Assembly (NCBI GenBank): GCA_977020255.1
Contig: CDROCS010000998.1
Location: 1 to 64,000, forward strand
Origin: Obrimoposthia wandeli
Lineage: Eukaryota
Reading direction: 5' to 3'
DNA length: 64,000 nucleotides
The position numbers were made by a program, and so were the translations under genes. This document shows, one piece after another, positions 22,962 to 33,392 of this stretch. The notes beneath the pieces are model-generated. The model was not told where the DNA came from. It did not search any database and saw only the letters and a list, made by a program, of their open reading frames with translations. Positions within the stretch are counted from its first letter, which is position 1; the number at the start of each line of letters is the position of its first letter.

Positions 22962-25112
22962 TTAAACGATTTGGAGGGGATGTTGAACAATAAGCACCTG
23001 TGAGTAACTCTGCATCGCGTCATTACCTTCTCGGGTGGTGGTTAGGGTGATGGTTAATCGCTGAGTTTCTACAGGTATTAATGTTTCATCCAATAATAAT
23101 TCAGTATCTATCGTCTCGCCTTCAAACAGTACATCGCTGGTATCAGCATTCGTTACTTTCATCAACGTAGAAGTGCCTGGCTCAGGGGTTCCGGGGGTAT
23201 ACCAGTTGGTTAAATACTGCGGCTCGGTTACCTGACTGATTCTGTTACGATGTGACCACGTAACGTTGACTGGCATGGTGATGGTTTCAGGCCAGTGTTC
23301 ATCATTCAGTTTTACGTTTGTCACGCAGAGTGGTTTTGCTGCACGCCCTACCAGTTCGGTGGTAATAATAGTCGCATCGTCCTTTGGTAAAGCCCCTCGC
23401 GCTGTCACGGTTAAACCTCGCACACTCACCTGTTCACCCGTGGTGAACTCTGTATCTAGCGCGTCACCATCTAAGGCCGCTATTACTATCATTGCCGCGT
23501 GTTCGGCGGGTATCGTATCAAGTACACCTCGCTCAACCTCTGCCACACCATCAACAATGCTTTTAACTACCACTAATTCACCACCCAACTGACATACTGC
23601 GGGTAACTCAATCGTCAGCAGGTTACTGTCAATCAGTCTAAGTTGCGTTGCCATTGGTGATATCGATTCGGCCAACATTGAGCTAGTCGAAAAAGAGGCT
23701 CGATGACTGTAAATCCAGCGGTCAAAGTTGTTGTAATACAGATCAGCACCAATAGTATCGCCAGACGGTTTACGGGCTAGCCAGCCAACAAAACAACTAT
23801 GTTTATTTAGCGCCGCCAGCTCTGACGGATTAAGGCTGGTAGCCAGCAGCCAATAAGGTGACTCAACCACCTGCTGAATGATGATCGGTACTGGCGTTGT
23901 AATTGGGTCTTTCCAGCCACTCGGTGGCGGCGGTATATAGTCTCCGGTTGCTGCTGAAAAGATATCTTCCATCAAATCTAACTTTACTTCAGGCTGCGCC
24001 ATACTGCCTCGGCGCTTTTTCTGTACTCGCATAATGTGGTTTAACCCTGCGGGTGGATACACGACTCGTACTACATCACCAGGCTGATAAACCGATGCCG
24101 TCGTGTCACAATAAAGCTCGGTCGTCATCAATCGTGCTGATAGCATTTTCAGCTCACGCATTGCGACTCTGTAGGCTAACTGCGCATCATGAATCATTGG
24201 GAAATTAACGGTTTCACCTATTGTGCGACCGACAGCATGTACCATTGCCGAATTTATCACTGTAACTGCTGACTTCTCGTAAGTCGTAGGGTCGGTATAC
24301 GTCAATGTTAACGTATTAATAATGTCAGCCTGACTGCGACGGCGGACATTCTTTGCTGTTCTGATGACTTTTGTGGTTAGTATTGGCAACGTCTCTGGAT
24401 CATAATTATCTCTGGCAAGGCGCATGGTTATGAGGCCACTGGCCTCATCGGTAAAGACATAACCGTTTAAATAACGACAAATATCTTTTACAAATTGTTC
24501 GACGGGCTGTTGCTTTACCCAATGTGCATTGAGACCAAAACCTTCGGTGTATAATGTATTCGCACACGCTTCAAACGCTTTGTTATCAATATTAGAGTTA
24601 CCCGTTCCCCACTCTGGGCACTCAATCAACTCATGAATAATATGGGCACCATTGAGACTATTACCGATTGCTGCTTTTGTAACATACCAAATTTCGTTGC
24701 CATCCCAGCCTGTAGAAATACGTTCAACCTCAACAGCCACTGGGGCGGGATAGCTGGAATTACCCATTTCAGGTTTACGGAATACCAAGGCGGTCAGGTG
24801 ACGAAATGCACTCACCACCTTCTGCCCGTTGACCACCTGCCCACAATGATGAGCTAAATAATTATTTACGATCTGGCTGGCATGGCCCAAACAGATATCA
24901 ATATCACCAACAATACCACCATACTGATCGCGGTCACCAAACAAGGTTGGCTGATCAATATGAATACGCGAATTGCTCGATACACTCCCCGGCCAACCTA
25001 CCTTCTCGCCAAACCATATCCGCCTAACGGCATCAACAGGGCCATGGCATAACACCAGATGCTGCCCCCAAAACCAACGATGGCCTGCGACCTGTTTTTT
25101 CTTACTCCCCAT
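22962..25112 (-). CDS. Phage tail tip / central tail protein
   Basis: 716 aa; HLVLCHGPVDAVRRIWFGEK N-terminus and the layout of D3112/YuA-type tail tip proteins; last phage gene. Confidence 0.75.
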   Translation of the reverse strand: MGSKKKQVAGHRWFWGQHLVLCHGPVDAVRRIWFGEKVGWPGSVSSNSRIHIDQPTLFGDRDQYGGIVGDIDICLGHASQIVNNYLAHHCGQVVNGQKVVSAFRHLTALVFRKPEMGNSSYPAPVAVEVERISTGWDGNEIWYVTKAAIGNSLNGAHIIHELIECPEWGTGNSNIDNKAFEACANTLYTEGFGLNAHWVKQQPVEQFVKDICRYLNGYVFTDEASGLITMRLARDNYDPETLPILTTKVIRTAKNVRRRSQADIINTLTLTYTDPTTYEKSAVTVINSAMVHAVGRTIGETVNFPMIHDAQLAYRVAMRELKMLSARLMTTELYCDTTASVYQPGDVVRVVYPPAGLNHIMRVQKKRRGSMAQPEVKLDLMEDIFSAATGDYIPPPPSGWKDPITTPVPIIIQQVVESPYWLLATSLNPSELAALNKHSCFVGWLARKPSGDTIGADLYYNNFDRWIYSHRASFSTSSMLAESISPMATQLRLIDSNLLTIELPAVCQLGGELVVVKSIVDGVAEVERGVLDTIPAEHAAMIVIAALDGDALDTEFTTGEQVSVRGLTVTARGALPKDDATIITTELVGRAAKPLCVTNVKLNDEHWPETITMPVNVTWSHRNRISQVTEPQYLTNWYTPGTPEPGTSTLMKVTNADTSDVLFEGETIDTELLLDETLIPVETQRLTITLTTTREGNDAMQSYSQVLIVQHPLQIV

Positions 25113-25115
25113 GGG

Positions 25116-25355
25116 TTACTCCTTACCCTGCTTAAACTTAACGACCATAGCTGTCACCACAGGATCACCCAGCGCCAGCAAGGCATCACAATCTGCGCCG
25201 TGCTTTAGAGCTTCTGTCCAGCTCAACCCATAAGCATCAAATACCCCACGCGCCCCTGAACAACAGTAACCAAGCGGGGCCAAATCTTTAGGATAAATAC
25301 GATTACTTTCTGATTTCTTCATTCGATAAATCCCCCCACCAGTAAACACTGCCAC
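25116..25355 (-). CDS. Small tail assembly protein
   Basis: YCCSGARGVF..GLSWTEALKHG motif; real start probably at MKKSES. Confidence 0.6.
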   Translation of the reverse strand: MAVFTGGGIYRMKKSESNRIYPKDLAPLGYCCSGARGVFDAYGLSWTEALKHGADCDALLALGDPVVTAMVVKFKQGKE

Positions 25356-25518
25356 TCGTGATTTTCACCCGACCAAAAACCACACCCAATGGTTTGCCCT
25401 CTTCGATGACGGGCGCTTTAGGCTCTTGCGCATCTGGGGCGGTATGGGTTTGATTCATTGCTCGATAACTAATAAACAGCGATGCCACCATCATGATGGC
25501 CATTACCCAAATCATCAC
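25303..25518 (-). CDS. Small virion/tail assembly protein
   Basis: Hydrophobic N-terminus, EEGKPLGVVFG...VYWWGD motif. Confidence 0.6.
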   Translation of the reverse strand: MMIWVMAIMMVASLFISYRAMNQTHTAPDAQEPKAPVIEEGKPLGVVFGRVKITSGSVYWWGDLSNEEIRK

Positions 25519-25551
25519 AATCTCCTTGTGAATATATCGTTAGCGTTAGTG

Positions 25552-26301
25552 TTAGCGGTCGATAGGATCGCCAATATAGGGATTTTTGGTCGGCAGGTTT
25601 ACCGCACCGCCAAAGTTAATGGCGTTGTTAAAACGCGTGTGACATGTCGCCAAGGTGCGGTCACAACCTCGGTTCACTTCAACTTGATCCCCCGCCGTAA
25701 AGGTTGCGGGGTGCAGAAGGCGCAGTGTCTTAACGTTCGGTTGCGTATCAATATAATGATGGTTATACCCGTGTTTAAGGCGACCGTAGTTATATTCCAG
25801 CGGCAATGACTCGTTCAGGGTTACGAGGTTGCCGTCCACCGCTGTCACCGTTACTGTTCGGGCACTTTCAATATGACCACACTTACGGCTACCCAGCGAG
25901 TAACGACACTGCGGGGTAACCGTTTCTGTCAATCCAGTGATCTGCAGTTCGGTATGTACCGCCTCCAACTCGACACTAACAAAACCGTCATTCCAGACCC
26001 CTGCCATTATTCGTCCAGCAAACACCGTATAAAACTGCCGACCATCTTCTGAACGGAGGATGGTGATTTTAGGGGCGACATTGAGCGGTGGATTCAGTGC
26101 TAAATTTGCTAGGTCGCTACCTGCTGCCACCTCAAAAGCAGTATCAGCACGTAAAGGGTTATCTGATTGCTCGATACCATTACCACGTTCGATTGCATGG
26201 GCAGACCAATTCATACCGTCATACAACGCGTCATTTTGATGCGACGTATAACGCCACACCTCGTTGTGAACTTCAGTTTTATACAGTTCAATGACTGCCA
26301 T
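25552..26301 (-). CDS. Tail hub-like protein (DUF2163/BR0599 type)
   Basis: CRYSLGSRKCG and GCDRTLATCHTRFNNAINFGG Cys motifs. Confidence 0.8.
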   Translation of the reverse strand: MAVIELYKTEVHNEVWRYTSHQNDALYDGMNWSAHAIERGNGIEQSDNPLRADTAFEVAAGSDLANLALNPPLNVAPKITILRSEDGRQFYTVFAGRIMAGVWNDGFVSVELEAVHTELQITGLTETVTPQCRYSLGSRKCGHIESARTVTVTAVDGNLVTLNESLPLEYNYGRLKHGYNHHYIDTQPNVKTLRLLHPATFTAGDQVEVNRGCDRTLATCHTRFNNAINFGGAVNLPTKNPYIGDPIDR

Positions 26302-27931
26302 CGGGCACCTCGATCATTGGCATAGATACAGACAAGAGCTGGCGCGGTTGGTGTGTTATTTTTACCTTATCGTCCGCTGGTCGCATCAAGCGCATAATGT
26401 GCCCGCCAAGTAAATCACTAGGGGTAACCTCTCGATCGTCATCTCCTCCTAGATCAATCACCTCGTTACCCTCTTGGTCATAACCAAGAGATTTTGCATA
26501 AACCATCTGCACGCCATCGTGCCAATTCAGGTACAGATGTCTGCCGCCAAATTCGACCAAACCGACTCGCTTAATCACAATTCTTTTGCGATTACAGAGT
26601 GCCGCAATACGAATTTGGCGATGATACGACACCCACCAACACGCGTTTAAACGTCCTTTAAATTGATATAAAAATTGTTTTAGTTGCCATGCCTGTTCAC
26701 GATTACTGGCAATCATTTCAACAGTGGTAGAATGTCGGCCGTAGTCTTGCTCGACATCCATGATGTGATGACCACTGGCTGTGGTTTTCTCGCGCCAAGC
26801 AAAGGCCATATCATCAGCCACCGACACGCCTTTACTGCGCTGTACAATTACTGAAGAACCCAAATATTCCGCAACCATGTCAAAACCGGAAAGGTTTAAT
26901 TCCGGTAGCTCCAGCGGCTTGCTATTAACGAAGGTAATTTTCTGCGTTGTTCGCGCCCCCTGTCGGCTTGAACGGACACCTTCCGTTGCCATGCAACTTA
27001 TCGCGGGGAGTAAAATAACATTGGTGTGCTCAAACAATAACGGCCTTGATAACAACAGATTTCCATCATTAACCTGATCAATAAACACCACCTCGTAGCT
27101 GCGCTCGTTTTTATACAATAGCGCCATACCACCCGCTTGAAATGAGCGCGACGAGACATCGGTATAGATAACCATATCGCCCTTATTGGCACTGACGGGC
27201 GATGTGGCATCGCTCCAAACGGGCACAACCATCTGCTCTTTTCCTTGTGCTGCATAACGAGCAGTTTGCTCTGCCGCAGCCAGATTCGGCAAATTATAGG
27301 TGTAATCAATGCGTTGCAATGGTTTATCTGCGTTACACAACCGCTGTTCACTGGCACGGGTTTCAATCACGGCACTAAACCATTGCCAAGATTCGGTAAC
27401 GGGATAAATGGGCGGGTATGGCCACACTGAAACACGATTGCCCACGACGTTCAGCAGTACTGTCACGCCTGCATTAAACTGCCACTGATAATTGGCATCA
27501 ATAACCTGTTCAACGTCTAGTGACACCTTGAGTGTATAGTTCCAATGACCGCCATAAGCAGCCAATACTTGAATAGGATGTGGCCCAATTAGCTCTAAGC
27601 CTTTATCTTTTGATTTGACTAATTGAGACAGAACTATCGGTTTGGTGAAGCTGCTCCAGATTTCGATAGGATGTTCTGATGGGCTGGCAACAAACTTTAG
27701 GTCGATGGTTTTAGGGATAACGAATAGGCTGTTTTTAAAGTCGCGATGCCAGAATGAATCAAGCGGCGCTGATTTAGCGTTTGGTCGCGGTCTCCCACTG
27801 ACCCAAGCCCTACCGGATAAACCATTGATGCATAATTGGCCCGGCTCTGCGACTGGTGTAGGAATCGGCAGAGACGGCTCTACATACAGATCAACAGAAA
27901 AACCAGCGAGCAATGGATATCCGTGTTTCAC
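26288..27931 (-). CDS. Virion structural (distal tail-like) protein
   Basis: 547-aa ORF coupled to neighbours in the tail module; W..P.W and GRLNACW motifs. Confidence 0.6.
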   Translation of the reverse strand: MKHGYPLLAGFSVDLYVEPSLPIPTPVAEPGQLCINGLSGRAWVSGRPRPNAKSAPLDSFWHRDFKNSLFVIPKTIDLKFVASPSEHPIEIWSSFTKPIVLSQLVKSKDKGLELIGPHPIQVLAAYGGHWNYTLKVSLDVEQVIDANYQWQFNAGVTVLLNVVGNRVSVWPYPPIYPVTESWQWFSAVIETRASEQRLCNADKPLQRIDYTYNLPNLAAAEQTARYAAQGKEQMVVPVWSDATSPVSANKGDMVIYTDVSSRSFQAGGMALLYKNERSYEVVFIDQVNDGNLLLSRPLLFEHTNVILLPAISCMATEGVRSSRQGARTTQKITFVNSKPLELPELNLSGFDMVAEYLGSSVIVQRSKGVSVADDMAFAWREKTTASGHHIMDVEQDYGRHSTTVEMIASNREQAWQLKQFLYQFKGRLNACWWVSYHRQIRIAALCNRKRIVIKRVGLVEFGGRHLYLNWHDGVQMVYAKSLGYDQEGNEVIDLGGDDDREVTPSDLLGGHIMRLMRPADDKVKITHQPRQLLSVSMPMIEVPDGSH

Positions 27932-27933
27932 GG

Positions 27934-28875
27934 CTAATCCCCCACACTCAGCTGAAGGGCGACACCCATTTGATCGCTGTCATTACGACGCTTAAATACA
28001 ATCCACTTACGGCCTTGATATTCGACGATATCACCGTTACCAATAAACGTCGTATTACATACTCTTAATTGAGACGCGTCATAAGCAACTTCGTAACCAG
28101 CCGCATCACCGCCACGATGTACTGCCAAAACCATAGGAAGAAAGACGGCTGTTGCGCTTAAATCCATCCGCATTTGTTTTACTGTATCGTGAGAATAGAT
28201 ATTCAGTTTGGCATTATTCCGTTCTTCCATTGGAGCCGAAAACCTTGGATAGGATTCTGAATCATCACCACACGCCCTCCAAATACCGTTATGACGCAGG
28301 CCACAACAAGCATAAGGAAATCCTGGCCAGCCCCTTGATCCTGCGGAGTATCTTGAACACCATGGCCAGCCCCAGTAACCAGAGTTATTACCAAGCCCAC
28401 CGTAGGTTGTCAGGAAGTGTCCAACGTTACCAGCATATGAGCCTACGCCATCCATCAAGCAACCGCCCGAAGTAAGTACGTCGCTATCAGAGAGTCGAAT
28501 AAGAAAAATGAACAAATACGTATCGGAACAAACAATATGATAATTGCGCGGCCATGTTAGCTTGCCGCCACCGCCTGCGTTCCTATTAGTCGGCATTTCA
28601 AGACTTCCGACAATACCAGGGAAAGCCCCTCCGACGTAATCATCGCCGGAAGATACAACAATTTTATCGCCGTTATCTTGCCCCTTTAATTTAGCGTTAA
28701 AACCGATGGAATAAGAATGCGTTTTATGACTCACAACGCATTGCTGTTCATCACTCTCGCGAACTAACTGCCACTCTGTATCTGGATTAGCCATAAAGAA
28801 ATCGCGGAGCATTTGAGTCCATTCACTCACCCCGTTAATGGTTCCGGTTTGATACGCCACTATGCCAACTCCCAT
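27934..28875 (-). CDS. Virion structural protein
   Basis: 313-aa ORF, YQTGT N-terminus like the upstream gene; tail module position. Confidence 0.55.
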   Translation of the reverse strand: MGVGIVAYQTGTINGVSEWTQMLRDFFMANPDTEWQLVRESDEQQCVVSHKTHSYSIGFNAKLKGQDNGDKIVVSSGDDYVGGAFPGIVGSLEMPTNRNAGGGGKLTWPRNYHIVCSDTYLFIFLIRLSDSDVLTSGGCLMDGVGSYAGNVGHFLTTYGGLGNNSGYWGWPWCSRYSAGSRGWPGFPYACCGLRHNGIWRACGDDSESYPRFSAPMEERNNAKLNIYSHDTVKQMRMDLSATAVFLPMVLAVHRGGDAAGYEVAYDASQLRVCNTTFIGNGDIVEYQGRKWIVFKRRNDSDQMGVALQLSVGD

Positions 28876-29711
28876 GCCATGAAATCACGAAACCCATTGC
28901 GATAAATATTCTGCAGCGCAATCCAGCGACGCTGGCCATCGGAAGATTCAAAGGTTTGGCCTGATGAGCTCCGATCGCCACAAATGTAGTAACAGCCAAT
29001 AAATTCTCCCATCGCGCCATGCTCACTGGATAGACAAGTTAGGGGGATCATCCAGTGGTCGCCATTTTCATAGTTACCACCACCGCCATCCGTTAACACA
29101 CTCGGGTACTGGGAGGGATAGGTTGAGAGTGTGGTGTCGGTGATCCACTGCCCATTGGTCCACAAGATGGCACGGGGATTACTCCGCAACCACTGAATAG
29201 AACCATAGCCATTCCCCTGTGAAGACCACCGTCCCGACTCGCTTGAGCCATCTCCAAACGCGACAACTTGGCGCGGCCAATGACCGAGAGAGCAGTAGGT
29301 TCTTAGTTTTCCCACATAAAAATCATGGGTCGTACCCGATACCTGACTGCCCATTTTGATATGGTCCAAATCAACACAGATGACGTAATCCATATCGTTC
29401 TGCCACAGATAGACATACTGGACAGGGCACGCACCTGGTTGGCTCTCAAATGGTGAGCCCGCAGAAAAGAGTGGACTCGCACAAATTTTAAAATTGTATC
29501 GGTCTCCAGGTACGTTGTAAGACGTCTTGATGCCCACATAGACACTTTCTTGACCGCTCTCACCATTCGAGCTGAGTATCAGCTCATCATCTGCAATCCC
29601 CAAGGGGTCATAAATCCATCGCTCAACTTTCCAACCATTCGCTTGTGAAAAAGATTTCAGCTTTAATAATAAATCGCGGTGGCCATTCGCCGTCCCTGTT
29701 TCCCATGCCAT
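28860..29711 (-). CDS. Virion structural protein
   Basis: MAWETGTA..HRDLL N-terminus typical of post-tape-measure proteins in D3112/YuA-type siphoviruses. Confidence 0.6.
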   Translation of the reverse strand: MAWETGTANGHRDLLLKLKSFSQANGWKVERWIYDPLGIADDELILSSNGESGQESVYVGIKTSYNVPGDRYNFKICASPLFSAGSPFESQPGACPVQYVYLWQNDMDYVICVDLDHIKMGSQVSGTTHDFYVGKLRTYCSLGHWPRQVVAFGDGSSESGRWSSQGNGYGSIQWLRSNPRAILWTNGQWITDTTLSTYPSQYPSVLTDGGGGNYENGDHWMIPLTCLSSEHGAMGEFIGCYYICGDRSSSGQTFESSDGQRRWIALQNIYRNGFRDFMAWELA

Positions 29712-29724
29712 ATCGAATCCTTAA

Positions 29725-32667
29725 TTAGCTCGTTTGGTTACGCTTCATTATTCTCACCACGGCCTGCTCACCCATATCACTGCGTAAATAAGCGTTCAAT
29801 TGCTCTTGGTTATCAAGAAAAGCCACATGTACTGGCGGGGCTGCCACGTTGACGTTGGGTGCTCCGCCGTACTGCATCGCCTGTTGTTGCTGCTGTTCAC
29901 TTTGCATGGTTTTCATTTGATTCATCATGGTGACCATCCAGCGAAAGTTATCGGCCTGCTTCGGATTCAGCACCATTTCGTCTTTGCGCAGCATCCACGT
30001 GCCTTCATTTTTGGCTGGTACTCGATTAATGCCATCGTGGGCTTGCCCTGCCAGCGCCTGCCCGGCAACAATTCCCACCGAGGCATAACCCATGGTGCGA
30101 ACTGCCGTTGATAACGCCATGCCCACGGGCGGTGGACCGAAGCTTAATGCCTTGGTGGCCGCTTCTTCGGTTGCGACCACCATGGAAGGGATCGCCGCCA
30201 GTTTCTGGGCCGCAAACAGCAACCGATACAAACCGCCCTGCTCTTCACCTGCTTGCTTTAAAAAGTGGGTGGTAATACTGAGCTGTTGCTGGGTAAACGT
30301 TAGGGTCGATTCGGCAACTTGCGCCTGATAGGCCGACCGTTCATCGGTGGCCTGTTTCTCAATATCGGTTAAATTAGCTTGATGGTCAGCCCGCAGTATT
30401 TCCCGATTAGCAAAATATTCACGTTCAAGTTCATCTTGTAGTTGCTGGTTTTCTTGGGCTTGTGCATAAGCGGATTGGAATGATTGAGAAAGACGCGCTA
30501 GCCTGTCGTTATAGGCATAGTCTTCACGGATTTTGGCTTCATTTTCCATGTCGGCTTGCATCGCCAGACGCATCAGCCATGCACCGTTGATCTCGTCTGA
30601 TTCGGCGTAGAATGCCTCTATATCGCGGGTATTTTTAGGCGATTGCCCCTGCTTTTTATCCAGCCGTTCGGCTTCTAACAGCAGGTTCTTCGCCAACTCT
30701 TCATTAATGCCTTTGAGTACGCCATGCTCGATTTCATACTGCAATTTAGCGACTTCACTCGTAATACCATGAAGTGCGATTTGCTGCTGCATTTGCGTTA
30801 AACGGTCTTGCCCGGCATCGTTCAGCGCTTTGGCCTGTTGCAGTCTCTGAGCTTCGGCGGCTTTGTTATCGAGCTTTTGCGCTTCAAGCAACAACTGTTC
30901 TTTCAGCTTGCCATTAATCGCTTTGAGAGCACCGTGTTCTAAGTCGTAACTGACCTTGGCCAGTTCGCTTTTCTTACCAAATAACGCCAGTTGACGCTGC
31001 ATTAAAGTAAGCTGCTTTTGTGCCTGATTATCAGTTTTGTCATCCCGTTTTTTTTCAGGTTTAGGTTTATCTTCAGGCTTATTCCGCAACTCATACAGTT
31101 TGTCTTCAAGCGCAAGCACATCTTCTCGCCAAGACACTTCTTGCTTGCGAAGTACCTCCACTTTGTTCAAGCGCTCATCAAGATCATTCGTGCCTTTGCG
31201 CGCATGTAATGTTTCAAGCTCTGCGCTCACCAAGGCCTGCTTGGCTTGTGCTTCTGCTAATACGCTTTCAACTTGCTTTACCTGTAACGCATTCATACGA
31301 CCCAATAGGTGATCGATACGGTCGGATAGATGATCGGTTTCGGCTGCCGCTGTTTGATTTGATAACGCAAAATACCCAAGAGCGGCAACCGCCATCATCG
31401 CGATACCCGCAGGCCCACCAAGTAATGAGAGCGCCATGCCCAATGCTCGGCCCGAAACAGCTGCGGCTTGCTGTGCATTTTTGAGTGTTACCGTAGCGAT
31501 AGCTAAACGCCCTCGGGCTGCGGCTAATCGTTCTTCCGCTTTTGTGGCCATTACAGCACCCACGGCTACTTTACGTTGAATTTCAAGGTGGCGGATTTCA
31601 GCGTGAGTTGCCAAAATCGTGGCTTGAGTGTGGCGAACCGTCATTTGAGCATCTTGAATAAGCGCTGCCGTATGGGCACGAGAAGCCACAATTTTCGCCA
31701 CTTGCGCCGTTGTCATATTCATGACTGCGGCCGTTCCCCTGCCCATCGCAAGCGCCATTGTTACACCGACAGCCGTTGAGACCAGATCGGCATTGTCGGC
31801 AAAAACGTCAAGGCTACTGGTCAGCCCTAATATAACGGGAGAGAAAGAATCGGAAATCGGTTGTTCATAGGCGGTAACGGCTTGGGTATAGGCCGTCGCT
31901 AAATCACCGTATAGCGCATTGATGTTACCTGCTGTATTAGCTGCTGCGCCATCATAGCTTTCTAACGCTTTAACCAAGGTTTCAGCAAAGAAATCAGAGG
32001 TGACTTTGCCGTCATTGACCAGCTTGCGAAAACCACCGGATGCCAACCCTGCGGCTTTATCCATTTTGGTTAATAAACCAGGCAAAGGTTCTGTTGTTTG
32101 ATTGAGTTCTTCGGCACGAACAGTCTGGCTCGCCATCGCTTGCTGTAAACCGAACATACTCTGATTGAGCTGATCATTGGTGGCCCCGTAAGTACTGGCG
32201 GCATTGCTCATGCCTTCAAAGATTGCGATCGTTTGTTGGTGAGTGATCATGCCTGCATCTTCTACCGAAGCGACACGTGCGTAATTGCCCGCCATTTCAA
32301 GCATGGCTTTATTGTGCTCTTTACTGACTTCAATGAGATATTGCTCAGTATCAATCCACGCTTGTTGGCTGCCGACCAGCGCAGTAATACGGGTACGGAT
32401 ATCCTGATAGGCACCCAGTCGGTCGGTTGCCTTCTGGGCAGCCGCAATGGCAGAGAATCCGGCAGCCGCACCAAACAGTTGATTGCGCAGTGACAACATC
32501 TGTCCTTCCAGCGCATCCGACTGATGATTCATAGTGCGCATTTGACGGCCCGTGGTGGCCGACTGGTTGCCAAGGGATGCAACCGCATTATCAGCACCAC
32601 GAACCTGACCGACGAACTGTTTGTTTTCTGCGTCAAAGCGCAGGGTAAATTTCAGATCTTTACTCAC
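29725..32667 (-). CDS. Tape measure protein
   Basis: 980 aa, Ala/Gln-rich; tape-measure domain (GLQQAMASQTVRAEELNQ), GGPAGIA, C-terminal GQAHDG. Confidence 0.92.
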   Translation of the reverse strand: MSKDLKFTLRFDAENKQFVGQVRGADNAVASLGNQSATTGRQMRTMNHQSDALEGQMLSLRNQLFGAAAGFSAIAAAQKATDRLGAYQDIRTRITALVGSQQAWIDTEQYLIEVSKEHNKAMLEMAGNYARVASVEDAGMITHQQTIAIFEGMSNAASTYGATNDQLNQSMFGLQQAMASQTVRAEELNQTTEPLPGLLTKMDKAAGLASGGFRKLVNDGKVTSDFFAETLVKALESYDGAAANTAGNINALYGDLATAYTQAVTAYEQPISDSFSPVILGLTSSLDVFADNADLVSTAVGVTMALAMGRGTAAVMNMTTAQVAKIVASRAHTAALIQDAQMTVRHTQATILATHAEIRHLEIQRKVAVGAVMATKAEERLAAARGRLAIATVTLKNAQQAAAVSGRALGMALSLLGGPAGIAMMAVAALGYFALSNQTAAAETDHLSDRIDHLLGRMNALQVKQVESVLAEAQAKQALVSAELETLHARKGTNDLDERLNKVEVLRKQEVSWREDVLALEDKLYELRNKPEDKPKPEKKRDDKTDNQAQKQLTLMQRQLALFGKKSELAKVSYDLEHGALKAINGKLKEQLLLEAQKLDNKAAEAQRLQQAKALNDAGQDRLTQMQQQIALHGITSEVAKLQYEIEHGVLKGINEELAKNLLLEAERLDKKQGQSPKNTRDIEAFYAESDEINGAWLMRLAMQADMENEAKIREDYAYNDRLARLSQSFQSAYAQAQENQQLQDELEREYFANREILRADHQANLTDIEKQATDERSAYQAQVAESTLTFTQQQLSITTHFLKQAGEEQGGLYRLLFAAQKLAAIPSMVVATEEAATKALSFGPPPVGMALSTAVRTMGYASVGIVAGQALAGQAHDGINRVPAKNEGTWMLRKDEMVLNPKQADNFRWMVTMMNQMKTMQSEQQQQQAMQYGGAPNVNVAAPPVHVAFLDNQEQLNAYLRSDMGEQAVVRIMKRNQTS

Positions 32668-33016
32668 GCTGGTTCAGTTCCTCGGCCATGACGCTGGCGA
32701 TTGATTTGAGTTTTTGATAATCATCGGGGTTGATACCACGGCCAGACAATTGGGCATCGGCTTTGACCTGACAGACATCCATACCTAAGCAACAGAAGCC
32801 ATTCCAGCGCAGAAAGGCGGGAATAGTGAGCCACCATTCGAGCACGTCGGCATGCTCTTGCCACACTTCTATCGTTTCGCCGATGTCATCATTCGTTGTT
32901 GCTTCGGGGTGTTGACTCACTCCCCAACTGGCCAGCTCTTGCTGCCAATCTTGTTCATCTTTCGCAGTCGCAGGCTGGCCCTTAATGGCCGCCCGTACTG
33001 CGTCTAGGAGTTTTTT
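32660..33016 (-). CDS. Tail assembly chaperone -1 frameshift extension (GT-like, DUF1799-type)
   Basis: Open frame reached by a -1 slip at AAAAAAC (33010-33016); W...W...GLD...MAEE pattern. Confidence 0.8.
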   Translation of the reverse strand, partial: KKLLDAVRAAIKGQPATAKDEQDWQQELASWGVSQHPEATTNDDIGETIEVWQEHADVLEWWLTIPAFLRWNGFCCLGMDVCQVKADAQLSGRGINPDDYQKLKSIASVMAEELNQRE

Positions 33017-33354
33017 ATGCTGGCCTGCCCGCTCATCGCTTTCAGGTAGGCCGACAAGGCACCAGCGGTGAAGTGCGGATTCAGACAAGCCGCTTTGAGG
33101 TTTTCTGGGGTAAATACCAATGATTCACCGCTTTCGTCAGCGATACCCGACCAGCCAGTGATCACCTCGGTAAACATTTCCGCATCCCCTTTACGGCTCA
33201 GTTCATTAAATGTTTTGCTATCAACCAGCTTGAGATCGATGGTCATGTCAAAGGTTTCCACCTTGCCGCCATCCACCGGCACACTGATGCTAACGGGCCA
33301 GGCTTTTACTTTTCTTTCAGCTACAAGTTTGAACATGATTTTTCCTTTCTTCAT
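33004..33354 (-). CDS. Tail assembly chaperone (G-like)
   Basis: Between tube and tape measure; ITGWSGI motif; ends ATA AAA AAC TCC TAG. Confidence 0.85.
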   Translation of the reverse strand: MKKGKIMFKLVAERKVKAWPVSISVPVDGGKVETFDMTIDLKLVDSKTFNELSRKGDAEMFTEVITGWSGIADESGESLVFTPENLKAACLNPHFTAGALSAYLKAMSGQASIKNS

Positions 33355-33392
33355 CGAGGGTTAAACGTTTTTAATTCGCAGTTAAACGCTGT

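Noticed and set aside
22962-29711. Diversity-generating retroelement or invertible tail-fibre switch
   Set aside because: No reverse transcriptase, template/variable repeat pair, invertase or inverted crossover sites seen.
32660-33088. Independent 142-aa gene starting at 33088
   Set aside because: The first part overlaps the chaperone gene; the frame is better explained as the -1 frameshift extension.
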